A stretch of DNA of 64,000 nt from Parasitella parasitica NRRL 2501 (lineage: Eukaryota; Fungi; Mucoromycota): contig MU619252.1 in assembly GCA_025201805.1 (NCBI GenBank), positions 288,153-352,152 of the forward strand, given 5' to 3'. Below the pieces are notes generated by a model, which was not told where the DNA came from, did not search any database, and saw nothing but the letters and a program-made list of their open reading frames with translations. This document shows positions 51,103 through 64,000 of this stretch, piece after piece (within the stretch, counting starts at the first letter, position 1; every line of letters begins with the position of its first letter). The translations under genes were made by a program, and so were the position numbers.

Positions 51103-52787
51103 CTATTCCTGTCTCACGGCACGGTATGATTGAGCTGCCGGCTCCCGAGACTCGTTCATGTGTATTCTGCAACCAAACAAACAGATGGTCTCGAAATCAC
51201 TGATTGAAAAGCGCTCATTTGCAGAACCTTCAATCTCTACGCGGTGTGGTTTATCGAGTCTCGAGATACCATCAATTAGGCCAACGCCGCAATGGAAATT
51301 ATGAAGACGCACTTGTTTTATCCTTGTTAAGCAAGAAAAATACTCTGATATGGCAGCTTCACTGTCGTCGATGATTCGTGCTGTATCAGTTGAGAGGCTT
51401 TGTTGTGGTGGTGGTGGTTCCTGTTGGCCAGCCTCAGGTCGTCCCGTCAGCGATAAGTATTCTAATTGAGAACCGCATGGTATCAAGCATTCTCGCCATA
51501 CTCGCGATGTGAAGGAACTGACCCTCCCCAAAGTCAAAGATTTGAGGTTCTGTAGAGATGCCAGCATGCTGTATTTCTGCACCAAGGCATCTTCTAGAGC
51601 CATCCAGCGGATGGCAATGGAACGATCCCAATCCACACTACTGCGACTGTCGGCAAGCCTTTTCATGATGATTTGCTCTCTATCGTAAATATCGTGCAGC
51701 GAGAAATTTTCTAATGTTTTTGGCAAAATTGATTTTTTGGGGGAGTTGCCAGAGAGGTCAAAGCGCATAAAGTTGTATGACAAGTTCAGTGTCTCTGCAA
51801 AACTCAGCCGCAGGCTTTTGAGCTGCTGCAATTCGGAAAGCCTGCTCAAATTCGCACCGACTATTGCCGAGCAGTGGGTATCTTTGCAATGTAAACTCTC
51901 GATATTCTTCATCCAATCTATGATAAACTTGACGTCGGCGATGTTCATAGCTAACGTACGCACATGCCGTAGTTGCGCCAATGGTTTATGGTCAATTCTA
52001 TCGATTTCTGGGTTCATCAAGGCCTTCTTTGTGGTGCCAATTATCGTCAACGTTGTGATGTAGTCTGAATAGGGTAGCAGACACTTTGAGGTGATGGCTG
52101 CCTTTAAATTTAACCACTGGATACTGATGTCTTCCCACTGCAGCATGTGTCAGATGCATTCCAAGAAAAGGAAAAAAAAAAGCACTTACCAAAGGTGTCG
52201 CATCCATGAAACGTCGCCATGTCTTGCAAACGAAAAAGATTTCAAGGTAATCCTCATAGGTGGAACAGTATTTCAGTATTTTTAGCATGATTTCTAACGG
52301 TAGGCCGAAAATGGGCGTATCAGTCGTTATGAACATTTCTTGTCCTCTATAGTTTTTGAAGCAGCTGGGCAGAGCGTGAAGCAATTTTGGTTCGTACATC
52401 CTTTGCTTGCGTGCTGGTTCTATCTTCTTTTGCTTTTGTTCAAGATCAAACCGTTCTCGTTGAAGTAGCTCATGGGAATTCTTTTGCTGCTTCATTGATT
52501 TAGGATGCAGAGGTGAGGGTGCATCATTTTCGCTGTGTGATGATGGGAGGGAGCTGGAGGAAGAAGAGCTGCTCTTTTTGGTATTGGGCCTCCCATTAGT
52601 AAATCACCGAGGCCTAGCAAACATTACATTACAAACTTACAGTAGTCGATCGTGGTCTTGTCTGTCTTTTGTGCCCTCGTTCAAGTAGGTCATTGCAATC
52701 CAGTCGACGGTGAAAATGCAATAGGTTCTGATTGGGGTCTTTGTAGTTTAAGGGTATCTTGATTGTGGGTGTTTTTGGCAATGTCAT
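51103..52787 (-). CDS. F-box protein with LRR-like C-terminal region, 3 exons
   Basis: F-box PIFGLPLEIMLKILKYC..YLEIFFVCKTWR and repeated LxxLxL motifs. Probable start MTLPKTP at 52787, next to a gap. Confidence 0.75.
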
Positions 52788-53025
52788 GTCTNNNNNNNNN
52801 NNNNNNNNNNNNNNNNNNNNNNNNNNNNNNNNNNNNNNNNNNNNNNNNNNNNNNNNNNNNNNNNNNAAAAAAAAAAAAAAAAAAAGAAAAACAAAAGAGG
52901 TAGCAATCCAGGGCTTGCTTGATTCAAAGTGACGTTGACAAACGCGCTCTGCTCTTAATATATAAAGCCAAATTTTTTTTGCTGTTTCCTTCCTTTTTCT
53001 CTCTCTCTTCTTAAAGGCCAGCATC

Positions 53026-56000
53026 ATGATAATGGAGATAAACGAGCAATCATATGGTGCTCTACAGCAATCTTTGGTGCAGACATTGAATCCTGCAGCA
53101 CACAAACAAGGTAATGTTCTTGGAATTGGGATGTCGCTTTCATATCAGCAAAACTGACACATTTTGCACAAGCTACTGACTATTTGGCGCAAGTCGAGGT
53201 CCAGCAAGGCTTTCCCATCCTCTTGTTGAAGCTGATTGGCGACAACGCTGTTGACGATACAATCCGCATGACAGGTGCTATCTACTTGAAAAACTACATC
53301 AAGCGCCACTGGGTAGTTGTAAGTTGGATGCATTTGCTCGAGACACTGTACTAAGCATTCAAATAGGACAATGCAGAGGATGTCGATAAGATTTCCGCTT
53401 TAGACCGTGAAGAAATCAAGAAACAGATTGTCCAGCTGATGATCTCTGTCCCTGACAAACTTCAATTGCAAGTTAGCGAGGCCGTCAGCTTGATTGCTCA
53501 ATCAGACTTCCCTGACAACTGGGAAAACTTATTGCCCGTAAGTTGTATTGTGTTGGCCCATGTGCTCAAATTCTGAAGGGCGTTTGTGTAGGAGCTGATC
53601 AGTAAACTGAGCCCAACTGAGTATAGAGTGAACAATGGCATTCTTGAAACTGCCCACTCTATCTTCAAAAGGTAGGGATGTTATTTTGGAGGCTACTGAG
53701 GAATAGATGTTCATCGTTGTGTCATAGATGGAGATCTGTATTTAGAACAGACGACCTCTTTTCAGACATCAAATACGTGTTGGACATGTTTTGTGAACCT
53801 TATAAGCAATTATTCCAGGTAGGCATCAACTGCAAGCAAAGGAGTGTTTGAAAATTGACGGAACAGCACAGATTACAGATAAATTGATCCAGGAAAACAG
53901 CAACAACCCTGAGGCTCTTGTTGTCTTGGCCCGCTCATTGAATCTTTTGATCCAGGTTTACTATGATTTGAATTGCCAAGATTTTCCAGAATTCTTTGAG
54001 GATAATTTGGCAACATTCATGGACCTGTTTCAAAAGTATCTCGAATATCAGAGCCCCTCTTTGGCTTCTGATGATGCAGACGAAGAGGGCCCTCTTGAAC
54101 AAATCAAAACCGGCATTTGCCTTATTTTGGAATTGTATGCGTCCCGTTATCAAGACGCTGTTCCTCAACTAGGCTCATTCGTGCCTGTTGTCATTAATTT
54201 GATGAAAAATGCCAACGATGATGCTAAATACGATACAGTAAGTAGTATATTCAGCCTTGAAAAAAAATATGCAGCTTACCTGTATCATTAGATGGTTTGC
54301 AGTGCCTTTGCGGTTTTAACTGCCATCTCCAAGATTCCGTCCTACGCTCAGTCCTTTTTGGACGAAAATACATTGAAACCCGTGTGCGAAACCATCATTT
54401 TTCCCAATATCTCTATGAGAAGTAAGTCAACAATTCAGCGCTATGGCCTTGAACTCATTCTTGTTAGCTGTTGACGAGGAACTATTTGAGGACAACCCGA
54501 TTGAATATATTCGCAGAGATCTTGAAGGCTCAGACACTGATACCCGCCGTCGTGCTGCGGCCGATTTCATCCGTGCTCTAATGGAGCGTGGTGAAGCACA
54601 GGTCACCAAAATTATAGCAGAACATATCAATCATCATCTGTACACTTACAGCATCAATCCCAAGAACAACTGGAAAGACAAGAACACCGCCATTTTCTTG
54701 ATGGTGGCTATTGCCAGTCGAGCCTCCAACAGCCAACAAGGTGTCACCAAAACCAACGAGCTCGTCAATGTTGTTGATTTCTTTTCCAAGAATGTGCTGT
54801 GTGATTTGCAGTCTGATGTTCGTACAGACATCCCAATTTTAAAGGTGGACGCCATCAAGTACGTTTATACCTTTAGAACTCAATTGACCAAGGAGCAGCT
54901 GCTTGTTGTATTCCCTTTGCTGGTCAAACATCTTGAATCCAGCGATTACGTCGTTTATTCATATGCTGCTATTGCTATTGAGCGCATTCTTTTTATCCGC
55001 CACAACAAAACAATGCTGTTCACTTCAGCTGATATCAAACCTTATGCCGAGACTCTCTTGTCCCAGCTGTTTAGACTGATTGAATCAGGCGATACTCCCG
55101 AAAAGCTGTCCGAAAACGACTACTTAATGAGAACTGTAATGCGTGTCATTATTATCAGCCGTCAAGATATGGTCCTATATGTGAATGTAATCATGGGTAA
55201 GCTGACAAACATCCTGTCCATTGTAAGCAAGAACCCCAGTAATCCCAAGTTCAACCATTATGTCTTTGAGAGCATTGGCGCCTTGATTCGATTCATTTGC
55301 CCTATTTCTGAAGCTGCCTTGACCGAGTTTGAAAATATGTGCTTTGGCCCATTCCAAGCGATCCTCTCTCAGCAAGTGCAGGAGTTTTCTCCATACGTTT
55401 TCCAGTTGCTAGCTCAATTATTAGAACATCACAAGGGTACGGAATTGACTCCCGCGTATGTCGATCTTCTGACGCTTGTCTTGAACCCTGCTCTTTGGGA
55501 GCACGGTAATATCCCTGCCCTTGTTCGTTTAATACAAGCCTACCTGAACAAGGGCGTCAGTTCTATCTTGGCCCACAATCAGTTGGAGCAAATTCTCGGT
55601 ATCTTTCAACAAAAGCTGGTTTCCTCTCGAAAGTTTGAGCACTATGGTATGATCTTACTGGATACTATTTCACTAAAAGTGCCATCGTAAGTGCTTTGTG
55701 TATGATAAAAAAAAAAAAAAGTACAATTGCAGAAAAACTAATCTTGTTGGACAACTAGCAATGTTTTGGTCAATTATCTTCCTGCTCTGCTTTCAGCTGT
55801 ACTGAAGAGACTTCAAAGCAAAAAGAAGGGGGATTCCATTCTGTTTGATAGATTTACTCGTAACTTTACATTGTGGATGAACCATTGCTTCCTGCTCGAA
55901 TCCTTGGGGGGTCCTGACACCATCATCAAAGTATACGAACAGCTGCAACCTGGGCTGTTTGGACAAATCATGACATTGTTTGTGCTTCCTGACTTGACCA

Positions 56001-56425
56001 AATTGAGCAAACCTGCCGATCGCAAGCTTGGAGGTTGTGGCATGGTGCGTCTTTTAACAGGATCCGACCTTATGCTTCAGGCGCCTTATGTCGATCAGTT
56101 TTGGAGACAATCTCTGTTGGCTGTATTGGCCTTGTTTGAATTACCTGTTGCAATAGAGGCTGACGGCCCTGATGAATTGTACACTCTTGACATCGAAGAT
56201 GGTGGATATCAAACAGCATACGCCAAGTTGGCTACCAGTAGCCCTGTACCCCACAATCCGACTAGCGGCTTACCCACCCCTCCTGTTTATTTTGTCCAGC
56301 AAATTATGGCAATGCCTGCTGACAAACGCGGAATCGTTAAATCTCTAACATCACAGTCTCCTGAAGCGACAGAGTGTTTAGCGAAATATTTCCAACAAGC
56401 CAATATTTCTTTGAATCAATTGTAA
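53026..56425 (+). CDS. CSE1: Importin-alpha export receptor Cse1/exportin-2, multi-exon
   Basis: IBN_N (AIYLKNYIKRHW), SDFPDNW, YYDLNCQDFPEFFEDN, ELFEDNPIEYIRRDLEGSDTDTRRRAA, ENDYLMRTVMRV and KNPSNPKFNHY. The start could be 53026 or 53032. Confidence 0.96.
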
Positions 56426-56584
56426 GAGTTGCTTGAATATATCTTAATAAATTAGTGTCATGAATAGATTTTAATCCTATCACCTTTGTACTCGAAAACA
56501 CATGAATACTCTGCTCCTGCCGCTACATGTAGAGCACGACTTACTACCCCAAAATCGCCAGTGGTTTAGTAGATCACTTTAACT

Positions 56585-56631
56585 CCCCCCCCCCTCCGCC
56601 TCCCCTCCCCTCCCCTCCCCTTTCCCTCCCC
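56585..56631 (-). repeat. G-rich (GGGGA)n tract with G-quadruplex potential, between CSE1 and CAC2
   Basis: The + strand reads C10 TCCGCC (TCCCC)4 TTTCCCTCCCC. Confidence 0.6.
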
Positions 56632-57035
56632 TCTCGCGATGCATGAGCTTTGTATGCTTGGAAAATTGTTACATGCAACCAAAGAGAGATACTATTCAAC
56701 TGGGCTATACGCCAGCTTAAAATCCATCATGTAGGGTACATTTAGACAATCTCTACTTTAAAAAAATGGGTGAGCAAAGACAGCTTCTAGAGCAGCTTTT
56801 ACAGCACGGGATTTCTGCAACATCTTTGTTTTGATAGCTGTTGTCAGCGACTTGTATAGAAGCTATCATTTTACTGTCTTGCGCGTTGAGGCGCTCAACT
56901 ATGCGTCGGGTGCTCGATGATAAGGGTTTTGGATGTTAGATCTTACTACGTGACCGTGTTGATATGCGATGATGTGCCTCGATGAGAGACGCGTTTGTTT
57001 AAATGTTTGTATTCTCTTCCAACCACCTTAAAGAG

Positions 57036-58947
57036 ATGCTTGCCAAAACCCTCGAGATCAATTGGCACGACGGCCAGGCCATCTACTCGGTTGACTTTTC
57101 GCCTGATGGTTCGCGATATGCGACGGCAGGGGCTGATAATTCAGTCAGAGTAAAATGACCGAATGACAACATGAGATCCAACATTAACCAGCTGCTTTTA
57201 GATCTGGAGCATCCATAAACGATCAGACGGCTCAACTTCGAGCAACTCCAATGTCGTCATTGAGGACAGAAAGCAGCAGCAGCAGCATCCGAGTAAGCAG
57301 CTGGTAGACTCTCTTCCTGTCAATATAGACTTTTTGTCCGAATTAAAGCGACATTCATCCCCTGTAAACGCTGTCCGCTTCTCTCCCAAAGGGGATTTGA
57401 TAGCTTCAGCAGGAGACGGTAAGTTGACCTTTGCAAGCGATACATGGGTTACAGGCTAAGTCCCTTTTTTGTTTTCTGTGTCCAGACGCTTGTATTATTG
57501 TTTGGAGGTTGTCGCCTGTCAAAGAGACGACATTTGGAGGCGATAATAACGATTACGAAAAGGAAAGCTGGTCAGTTGTAAATATGTTCTAGTAAGTTGG
57601 ATTGTATGTGTGCGGTATGGAGTCTCAACCATTGCGTCTACTAGTGGCCATAATAAAGAAATCTACGACCTTGCCTGGTCTCCCTGTGGAAACTATTTTA
57701 TTACAGCTTCTATTGACAATACAGCTCGGGTGTGGAGTCTGGCAGAAAGTAAGGCATCATTGCCATAGCGCTTCCATTTTCTAACAGTGGGAACTTGTGT
57801 AAATGTAGAGACCTGCATCCATGTTTTTGCTGACCATACGCATTATGTCCAAGGCGTTACATGGGACCCGTTAGGCCAGTATGTAGCCACACAATCCAGT
57901 GATCGGTCCATGGCCATTTATAAATATAGAAAAGCAGCTACTGGAAAACTTTTGTTTGGATCAGTGTCCAAGAAGTTTTCAAAAATCGACAAGGGCAAGA
58001 TTGCCTCGAACAATACATGCATAGAAGACTTGGCAGCAGCGGCAACAGGGTCATTTCGACTGTACCATGACGAAAACCTGGTGTCGTTTTTTAGAAGATT
58101 GTCATTTAGTCCTGACGGGGCGTTACTGATCACACCAGCAGGGCTAAATAAGCCAGTTGATCTAAACTCTGGCACCCAAAGCACTACTACAACAGAAATG
58201 GACGAGAATGGAGAAGAGCTACTGAACTGTGCCTACATCTACCCGAGAAATACCATGTTAAAGTGAGTTGTGGAGGAAGCGCCATGATTACATTGGTACT
58301 AAAAATGGGATAGACACCCTGTTGCTTTCATAGGCAACCACCCAAAGCCCTCTATTGCCATTCGTTGGTGTCCCATGCTGCTCCAAAAGCGAAAAGACGT
58401 TTCTTCGGCATTTGCGTTGCCGTACCGCATGCTCTACGCTACAGCTACCCAAGATTCAGTTTATATCTATGATACCCAGCAATGCCGTCCTATTTGTGCC
58501 ATATCAGGAATGCATTTTGCTCCTATTACTGACCTTGCTTGGTAAGGCTTGTAAGGATATCATACCGTAGGCCATATATAATTAATGCAACAGCATAGGT
58601 CTCCTGATGGTTCTATCCTCATGTTCTCTTCTGCTGACGGCTACTGCTCTGCAGCTGTGTTTGCTGATGGCGAATTGGGCTCAAAATACGAGCAGCTGCC
58701 AGAAAATAACGCTGCCGAGTGCGATGTTGAAATGATGGACATCCCAGACACCAATGCAACCACTACTAACACCATGCCACAAAAGCGCAGAGTACCAACA
58801 AACATGCTGAATCAACAAACAGTGACGCCTTCCTCTGCCGCATTTTTAACTCCTGATAAGGTCGAAAAGGCTAAAAAAAGAAGAATAACGCCAATTTTGA
58901 TCAGTACTCCTTTAGACCCCCCACTCCCTCCTGCTGCAAACAATTAA
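57036..58947 (+). CDS. CAC2: Chromatin assembly factor 1 subunit B (WD40), multi-exon
   Basis: MLAKTLEINWHDGQAIYSVDF, ATAGADNSVRIW, HTHYVQGVTWDPLGQYVATQSSDRS, SFFRRLSFSPDG, FALPYRMLYA and a C-terminal B-domain-like KKRRITP. Confidence 0.94.
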
Positions 58948-59050
58948 AAGCAAACTATTTATCTATATTAGGTTATTTTATTTACATTGTTACGTACTTG
59001 TGCTTTAGCACTAAAATGATTAAATTATGTAAGAAATGGGTAATAAATGC

Positions 59051-60071
59051 TTAAACTTTAATGGTATCCTCCTTTTTGACAAAAATACCGCAATGAAGAT
59101 TTGTTTGAAAATAACGTTTGTCGTCGATTTTGCCATCCGTGTTCCCGACTACATATAATTTTGGAAATGTTAATACATATGCATTTCATTGAAATTCTAA
59201 ATGCAGTACCTCGGCTGTCTAATTCGATTCCTAACCATTCTCCTGTATCAAAATGCACTTTGCCAATATACTTGACTGTGCCAATGATGGGCAAGGGTCT
59301 CTTGAACAGCTTGACTTTGGACCCAATGATGATATCAGTTTGAACATCGCTGTTGTTATCTGGCGTGAAGCAATCGTCGTCACTGCCGCTGCTGCTGCTC
59401 TCATTGTGATATATTAACTGATTGTTTTTTGCTTCCTCTTGCTGCTGCTGCTTGATTAGTCGTCCCCATTTTGACAAGCGATTGATAGAGCTCTTTTTCT
59501 TGGCCATGGCATCTGCTTGCTGCTGCGTGGTATCTTCTGGCAAGGACCAGCGTCTATGTCTAGACGTTTGGAATGTCTTTGGATCTGGTGATCGTGATCT
59601 CGGTGGAGTAACCGGGATGTCGAACTTAAGCATGGAGGGCCTTTTCGTGGTAATGTTCAAGTTGATTTCTTGCTGCTTTCTTTCCTTTTCCTCTTGGACG
59701 TCCATGCGTGCCTGGGTCTCTAGCGAGAGCAGCAAATCCATATCGCAGGCTGTAATGTCTCTTAATTTGGCTGCCAACATCTGGTCATCTTGGTTGTCAT
59801 CATCATTTTCCATCACTGTAGCCAAGACAATGTCTGACTGCGATGGTGGTGTGCGACGTCTTTTCTGATCTGAGGTTGTACCGCTGCTGCCGCTGGTACG
59901 TAGAATGCTGACAGTTGCAGGTTTTTCAGCCGAGGGAGAAAAATGATGTCGCTTGACAATGACAATTGAATTTTCAATATTTCCTGTGGATTGTGTCTTT
60001 CTCAATCCCAGAGAACTGAAAGAGGGCGAGGGGACCTTTTTTCTTGCATTCTTCAAGCCAAAGAACGGCAT
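59051..60071 (-). CDS. Protein with C-terminal CAP-Gly domain, 2 exons
   Basis: IGTVKYIGKVHFDTGEWLGIELDSR|VGNTDGKIDDKRYFQTNLHCGIFVK. Probable start MPFFGLK at 60071. Confidence 0.85.
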
Positions 60072-60375
60072 TTTTTTTTTTTTTTTAAGGGGATCGAAAG
60101 TTTTTGTGGAGGGTGTGTGATAATAGAAAGAGTAGGGAGAGGAAGAAGAGCGAAAGAAGGAAGAAAGATGATTTAAAGACAAAAAATGGCAATTTTATAC
60201 GCACAAAAATATTTTCTCACCATACATTTTTCATCAACAAGAAATACTACTGTGCATGGTGATTGTTTTGCACGTGGAGGGGATTCCTGCTTCTTTATTA
60301 TTTTCCCTTGACATCATTGCAATTGAACTACTGCTACTACTAGAGTTTGCATAACATGTATGAAAATTGTCTTGC

Positions 60376-60811
60376 TTATTTGACTTTGACGTTGGCGGGC
60401 TGTGCTGTTGACGGCTGCTCTGCTTCTCTTCTTGCTGCGTCCTGCAAAAGATGTGTATCGACGGCTTCTGCGGGAAGCTGCACATAGCGAACAACTGAAC
60501 CACGAATAAAGCAATTTTTCACTGAGACCTAGATTTGATTATTCTTATTATTGTCTTACGCCTTCTGTCTCTTTAATTCAGATTATTACCATGTGGGGAT
60601 ATCTCTCTTCGTCAACCACCTGTATGTCATCTAGTTTGATATTTAAAAATTGGTCTACTGATTTCAATACACCTGTGATCGCAAGATCGTTCTTAAGTTC
60701 CACTGTAACTCGTTGGTCTACCAATGTTTTAAAAAAGGAATAAAACAACTATAAGCAAAAGCTGTTAGCCAATGCCAATTCAAACTTATAATACTTTGTC
60801 ATAAATACCAT
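60376..60811 (-). CDS. LSM2: U6 snRNA-associated Sm-like protein Lsm2 (104 aa). Exons 60811-60809 (ATG only), 60748-60590 and 60528-60376
   Basis: Manual splice: M|LFYSFFKTLVDQRVTVELKNDLAITGVLKSVDQFLNIKLDDIQVVDEERYPHM|VSVKNCFIRGSVVRYVQLPAEAVDTHLLQDAARREAEQPSTAQPANVKVK*. Both introns are GT-AG. Confidence 0.96.
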
Positions 60812-63800
60812 TATATTAGTTTTTCGAGAAGAAGAAAAAAAGACCAACTACAAACTTTCCAACGCGAGACAACCTCTTCAACTCGGTGACTGGTTTGGCC
60901 TTCCATTACCCGTTGTACAAAGGTGGATGTAGACCATAAGGAAATGATGTGGAGTCGAAGTTGAGAGCCTCTCGTTTGCCAGACGAGACATCGCTGGTTC
61001 GATCTAGGGATGTCGCTTTATTCCCAGGTTTACGTAGCGCATACTGTGTTTCCAGCTTGGTTTCTCTATAATAATCATTCCCAATGTAATTTAGTTCATC
61101 ATCGTCTCGGATGCATTTAGGCGGATCTTTGCTTACCCTTGCTACAACATACTTTGATCCGTAACTATCTGATAGATCCAATCTATTAAAACACTGTAAG
61201 ATCTCAACAGAAAGGAACACATAATTTATTGCCACTTGTCCGTTCATTTAGACATTGAAAACCACTGCTCTCAACTTCAAGCCGCTATAAGCGTTCGTTT
61301 TATAAAATTGAGATGATTTTTACAAAATAATTTGCATTTATAGGCAAATGTTAACATACTCAAGGGACAAGCTTTGCTCATAGGAAAGAATTATATGAAA
61401 TGAATTTGCGGATAAGGTTGGATACTTCTTAAATAAATCCGTGAGTACCAGTTACTCTTGTAAAAGATGAGAAATGAAATAATCAAAAAACATCTGAACA
61501 ATGATAAAGAAACAAATGCTAATATAATGGCCTTTATTAAAAGCTTCAAGACAAGCTGTAAAAGTAGTTTTTTTTTTGTTTTTTTTTTGTTTTTTTTAGA
61601 GAAATCAAGGCTCATATGGAAAATTTCTGTTTCCAAACATGTGTATTTAATGACCATATATACCTAATAAGATTTCTCCTCAATCAATCACACTTTTTAA
61701 ACCGGGTATGGGTAAGCAGACAATGCTTGACGAAAACATTAGAGAAGACAATGGCAATTCTTTTTGACTGAATACAATAGACAATTAATAAATCAAATAA
61801 CTGTATATAATTTTTATTGCATATTTATTGGGAAATTAGTTATACTAAAAGCAGGTAGCACCGTTATTTTCAGAAGCATATCAGAATATAATTTACGGCT
61901 TCATTTAACTATTTCTAATGCTCAAAGCAATTCTAAAGCTCTACAAACATCTCAGCATCTTAAACTTGTATGTCTTTTTTTTTAAAAAAAAAAAATTGCT
62001 CTTCTATTTATTCTTATCTACTCTTTTATAGATCCTTTCGAAAGCTACTTTTGATAAATTATAATGAACTTCAATTAGCAAAAAGATGTGCTGAAGCTCA
62101 ATTTTGTTGATATCTCCAGCAAGCATTGCATCAGCATAAAATATAGTTATAAAAATAATTGTGTAATAGTTTATGAAGCATATTTTGGTATAATGCTTGC
62201 TTTTTTATTAAATATCGTTGATCTTTCTCTATGTTTATTAGAAATTACAACAAAATTTTTGTCAATTATGAAAATCAAAAATGATTTTGTACATAACTGC
62301 AATGAAATAATACCTTTTATTATCATATTATCACCTATCCACGCTGAAATATATCTCATGATTTAATAAATGTTCTACTTCACAGATGAGTTTGATATCT
62401 GGTTTTACGATTGATAATGATCGATAGTAATAATCCACGCCTTACAACCTCAGATTCATTATATAGTATAACTTTTAGGATTTAAGGTTTATGCCAGTCT
62501 TGGGATGAATAGTTGTTGTTATTGTTACTGTTATGATGGTAGGCTAAACATATAAAAGCATTTGCACAACACCACTGATAGTGCCAATGTCATATTGTAA
62601 GCAATGTCTTGAGCCGTTTACAAAATGAGCAAGCAGTTTACAAAGACCACAAGAATCACACTAAAAAAGAGTTTGTTAATTTGGCTAACAACATTAAAAA
62701 TTAAGAGCGCAATGGAATGGGCTAAAAGTGTTGAAACTGATCCAAGCCCAGAGCATTACACCCGCAAGGAAGGACTCAGTACACCTTTTAAGAAGGCGAT
62801 GCCTTCCAAAGGTCCACAGACACTGGTAATCTGTAACTGGGTGTAGTAAAAAAGTGTAAAAACAACAATAGATACAATTTAATTCCTTCTTTATTTTGAA
62901 ATAGGATAACGTGCAAAGGTTAGACATTTCTGTTGTGCCAGGTCTTGAAAATGAGCACAGCAGGTGATTGTTTGTGATATAAAAATATAAGAATGTAATA
63001 AAGACTTAGTTTACCAGATACAAAACTATTGATTTATTGATTGACAAGAAGCTGTCTATTTATATTAGAATAAATCTATCTAAATCAATCTATAAAATAC
63101 AATCAGGTCATGTTTGACATTTAATTGTCAAACAAGATTATAACACAGTAGTAGTCAGAGCAAGACCTATTTCTATATTTAATCAGCTAATCGTTATGAA
63201 TGTGGATCATTCATCGATAAGTTGAGCTTCGCAATTTAGAATAAGTAGAACCCAAATATATGGTTTCTTATACAAGACATTCTATTGAATACTTCTATTT
63301 ACTAGATAGAATAATCGATGCCATTTAACCTTAGATCCGATCAGGAACGGTTGCCATGACAACTGAGTTGAAATAGTGGTAACCATGGTATTCTATGGAT
63401 ACAACAATTTCTACTCTATTTATATTCGTTGTTGTAAACGGTCTGTCTGTCAGTTACGCCGTAACTGTTAGTCAAGTTTTTCTGTATTTTATTTTACATA
63501 ATCAAGTACGGAATTCTAATATCGATGTTTCTGACACATTTGTAAATGACATGCATGGACCAGTCCTTATATTGGTCTATGCGTTCCAAATGTGGTTTAT
63601 GGTTCGATTTCTTTTACAAATGCTTCGCGGTTTCACGGTTATATATTTAGGTAATTTGTTCATTAATTTGATTTGGAATCTCTAAGGTAGCTCCGTAAGA
63701 GATGACATTCAATTACTTTTTTGTGGGAAGTTCTATCACTTCAGCACACTGGGTATTCAATACTATTGGCGCCAGTAACATAAACATCCCTATATTTCAT

Positions 63801-64000
63801 AATACAAACACATATATCACACAGCTACACTTATCTTAAATGGCTTACTTGCTTGAATCAAACAAAGAGAAATTTGAGTCAGCAATTTTTTTTTTTCGTA
63901 AAAAAAAATATTCCTAGGCATTAATTGTTGTGCCAGTGTCAAAGGGCGCAGCTTAATGTTGTTGGATCAAAAAGATAATAAAAAAACCAAAGGTTAACGA

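Noticed and set aside
56556-56572. CGCCAGTGGTTTAGTAG resembling a tRNA-Gly 5' end
   Set aside because: No anticodon arm, T-arm or B box follows.
1-64000. CRISPR arrays, rRNA or prokaryotic operons
   Set aside because: No repeat-spacer array or rRNA-like sequence was seen, and the genes have spliceosomal introns.

Overview
Eukaryotic, intron-rich fungal DNA. Gene content, short GT-AG introns and the LINE types point to a Mucorales genome (inference). The window holds 17 protein-coding genes: an OSBP/Kes1-like gene, a hexokinase-like gene, a PX-BAR sorting nexin, a TBC Rab-GAP, a myosin-motor chitin synthase, CTU2, a TDT/Ssu1-type transporter, Rab11, SEC24, a TRF-like Myb gene, a kinesin-like gene, NOT1, a Zn2Cys6 transcription factor, an F-box gene, CSE1, CAC2 and a CAP-Gly gene. 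An eighteenth gene, LSM2, is missing from the ORF track. There is also one tRNA-Lys(CUU), two non-LTR retrotransposon insertions and a decayed Dada-like DNA transposase. Four assembly gaps lie at 16838-17252, 30166-30895, 50828-50837 and 52792-52866. The most striking structure is an APE+RT LINE (26293-31196, minus strand) inserted inside the tRNA-Lys gene. Its 15-bp target-site duplication is tRNA nt -1..+14, so an intact tRNA gene, and a fresh target, is regenerated next to the element's 5' end; ORF1 and ORF2 are joined by a TAATG stop/start overlap. Other highlights: an inverted ~200-bp copy of the SEC24 5' end supplies the start of the neighbouring Myb gene; the hexokinase lacks its catalytic Asp; and the kinesin-like protein has lost all its nucleotide motifs. 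Coordinates of multi-exon genes were read by eye and may be off by a few bases.
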